From: a virus
Lineage: Duplodnaviria > Caudoviricetes
DNA length: 64,000 nt
Reading direction: 5' to 3' (one strand)
Virus record (IMG/VR): IMGVR_UViG_2595698868_000001
Coordinates: 160,001 to 224,000 of that record
Part shown: piece by piece, positions 63,506 through 64,000 of the stretch
Position numbering within the stretch: position 1 is the stretch's first letter
Layout: each line of letters starts with the position of its first letter
Translations under genes and position numbers: made by a program
Notes under the pieces: generated by a model
What the model was told of the DNA's origin: nothing
Database searches by the model: none
What the model saw: only the letters and a program-made list of their open reading frames with translations

Positions 63506-63895
63506 ATGCCGCACTCGCTCGACGCCATCGCCAATCGTGTCCGTATGGCGGACCCGAATCTCCTGCATCTGAGCCTGGAGGCGGACCTGCTCCACACGCT
63601 CTTGCTTCAGTCGGAGTGGCCACCCGAGTGGCATCATGTCACGCGCTTCAATCCGCTCGATCGCCTGGAATCGGCGATCAGCCTGATCGAGCGTTTCTTC
63701 CCCGGCTGGGACTTCGGAGTCCAGTACCGATTCGACGACAAGACGGATGAGAAGTACGCCAGCGCGGTGCTCTCCACCCCAAACGGCTCAACGGTCTATT
63801 CGGAAGAGGTGCGTGGAGGTTGCATCGCTATGCCAAAGGCGACTTGCCTTGTGCTCCTGCGGGGGTTGAAGGATCAGCTTTCGCACGCAGCTTGA
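63506..63895 (+). CDS. hypothetical protein
   Basis: ORF between two promoters; stop in next -35. Confidence 0.7.
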   Translation: MPHSLDAIANRVRMADPNLLHLSLEADLLHTLLLQSEWPPEWHHVTRFNPLDRLESAISLIERFFPGWDFGVQYRFDDKTDEKYASAVLSTPNGSTVYSEEVRGGCIAMPKATCLVLLRGLKDQLSHAA

Positions 63896-63920
63896 CGATC
63901 GACTTCCATTTCTTTACATG
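63892..63920 (+). promoter_or_regulatory. class B promoter
   Basis: TTGACG..ATTTCTTTACA, GACGATC, GAGGAG. Confidence 0.8.
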
Positions 63921-63950
63921 GGTCCTGACGATCAATCAGAGGAGACCCAC

Positions 63951-64000
63951 ATGCAGATCGGCACCATGGATGACGTCAGCAGGGACAATGACCTGCTCGA
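63951..64000 (+). CDS. start of a gene running off right edge
   Basis: AGGAGACCC RBS and ATG at 63951. Confidence 0.65.
   Translation, partial: MQIGTMDDVSRDNDLL

Noticed and set aside
1-64000. CRISPR array, tRNA/rRNA genes, integrase or transposase
   Set aside because: No regularly spaced repeat-spacer units, cloverleaf/T-loop patterns or recombinase motifs seen by eye; a tRNAscan/Infernal run would be needed to exclude atypical RNAs.

Overview
GC-rich, densely coded segment with the features of a large lytic phage accessory/early region. The host is probably an alphaproteobacterium of the Caulobacteraceae; this is inferred from a Caulobacter-type XRE regulator, an hfaABD-like operon, a CtrA-like box and sigma70-type promoters with CTA-containing -10 elements. 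Genes at 1-15350 are on the minus strand: an NAD+ salvage pair (nadV plus NMNAT-Nudix), an HD (p)ppGpp-hydrolase-like fusion, a metallophosphoesterase, a MazG-like gene, rtcB and a TerD/TerC/vWA/TelA stress cluster. Genes at 15600-64000 are on the plus strand: about 90 mostly hypothetical genes plus AlkB, a BCS1-like AAA ATPase, YqhA, a holdfast-anchor/curli-like hfaA-hfaB-hfaD operon, XRE, ferritin-like, DUF262, HAD+PRTase, 5'-nucleotidase, HNH, RlmN-like, CCA-adding enzyme, Thg1-like and PTH2-like genes, and a HAD gene split by an amber codon. I recognised no virion, replication, integrase, tRNA, rRNA or CRISPR features. The non-coding signals are the most notable: (1) a ~260-nt highly structured RNA with three C-UNCG-G tetraloops directly behind a coiled-coil gene (41303-41563); (2) a three-copy ~55-bp element with ssDNA-hairpin hallmarks, always in the same orientation; (3) a 17-bp palindromic operator at 6-8 promoters; (4) about 25 repeated promoters in two classes, whose -35 box often supplies the stop codon of the upstream gene; (5) a candidate sRNA carrying an anti-Shine-Dalgarno tract. 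All protein family calls come from motif recognition by eye, not database searches.
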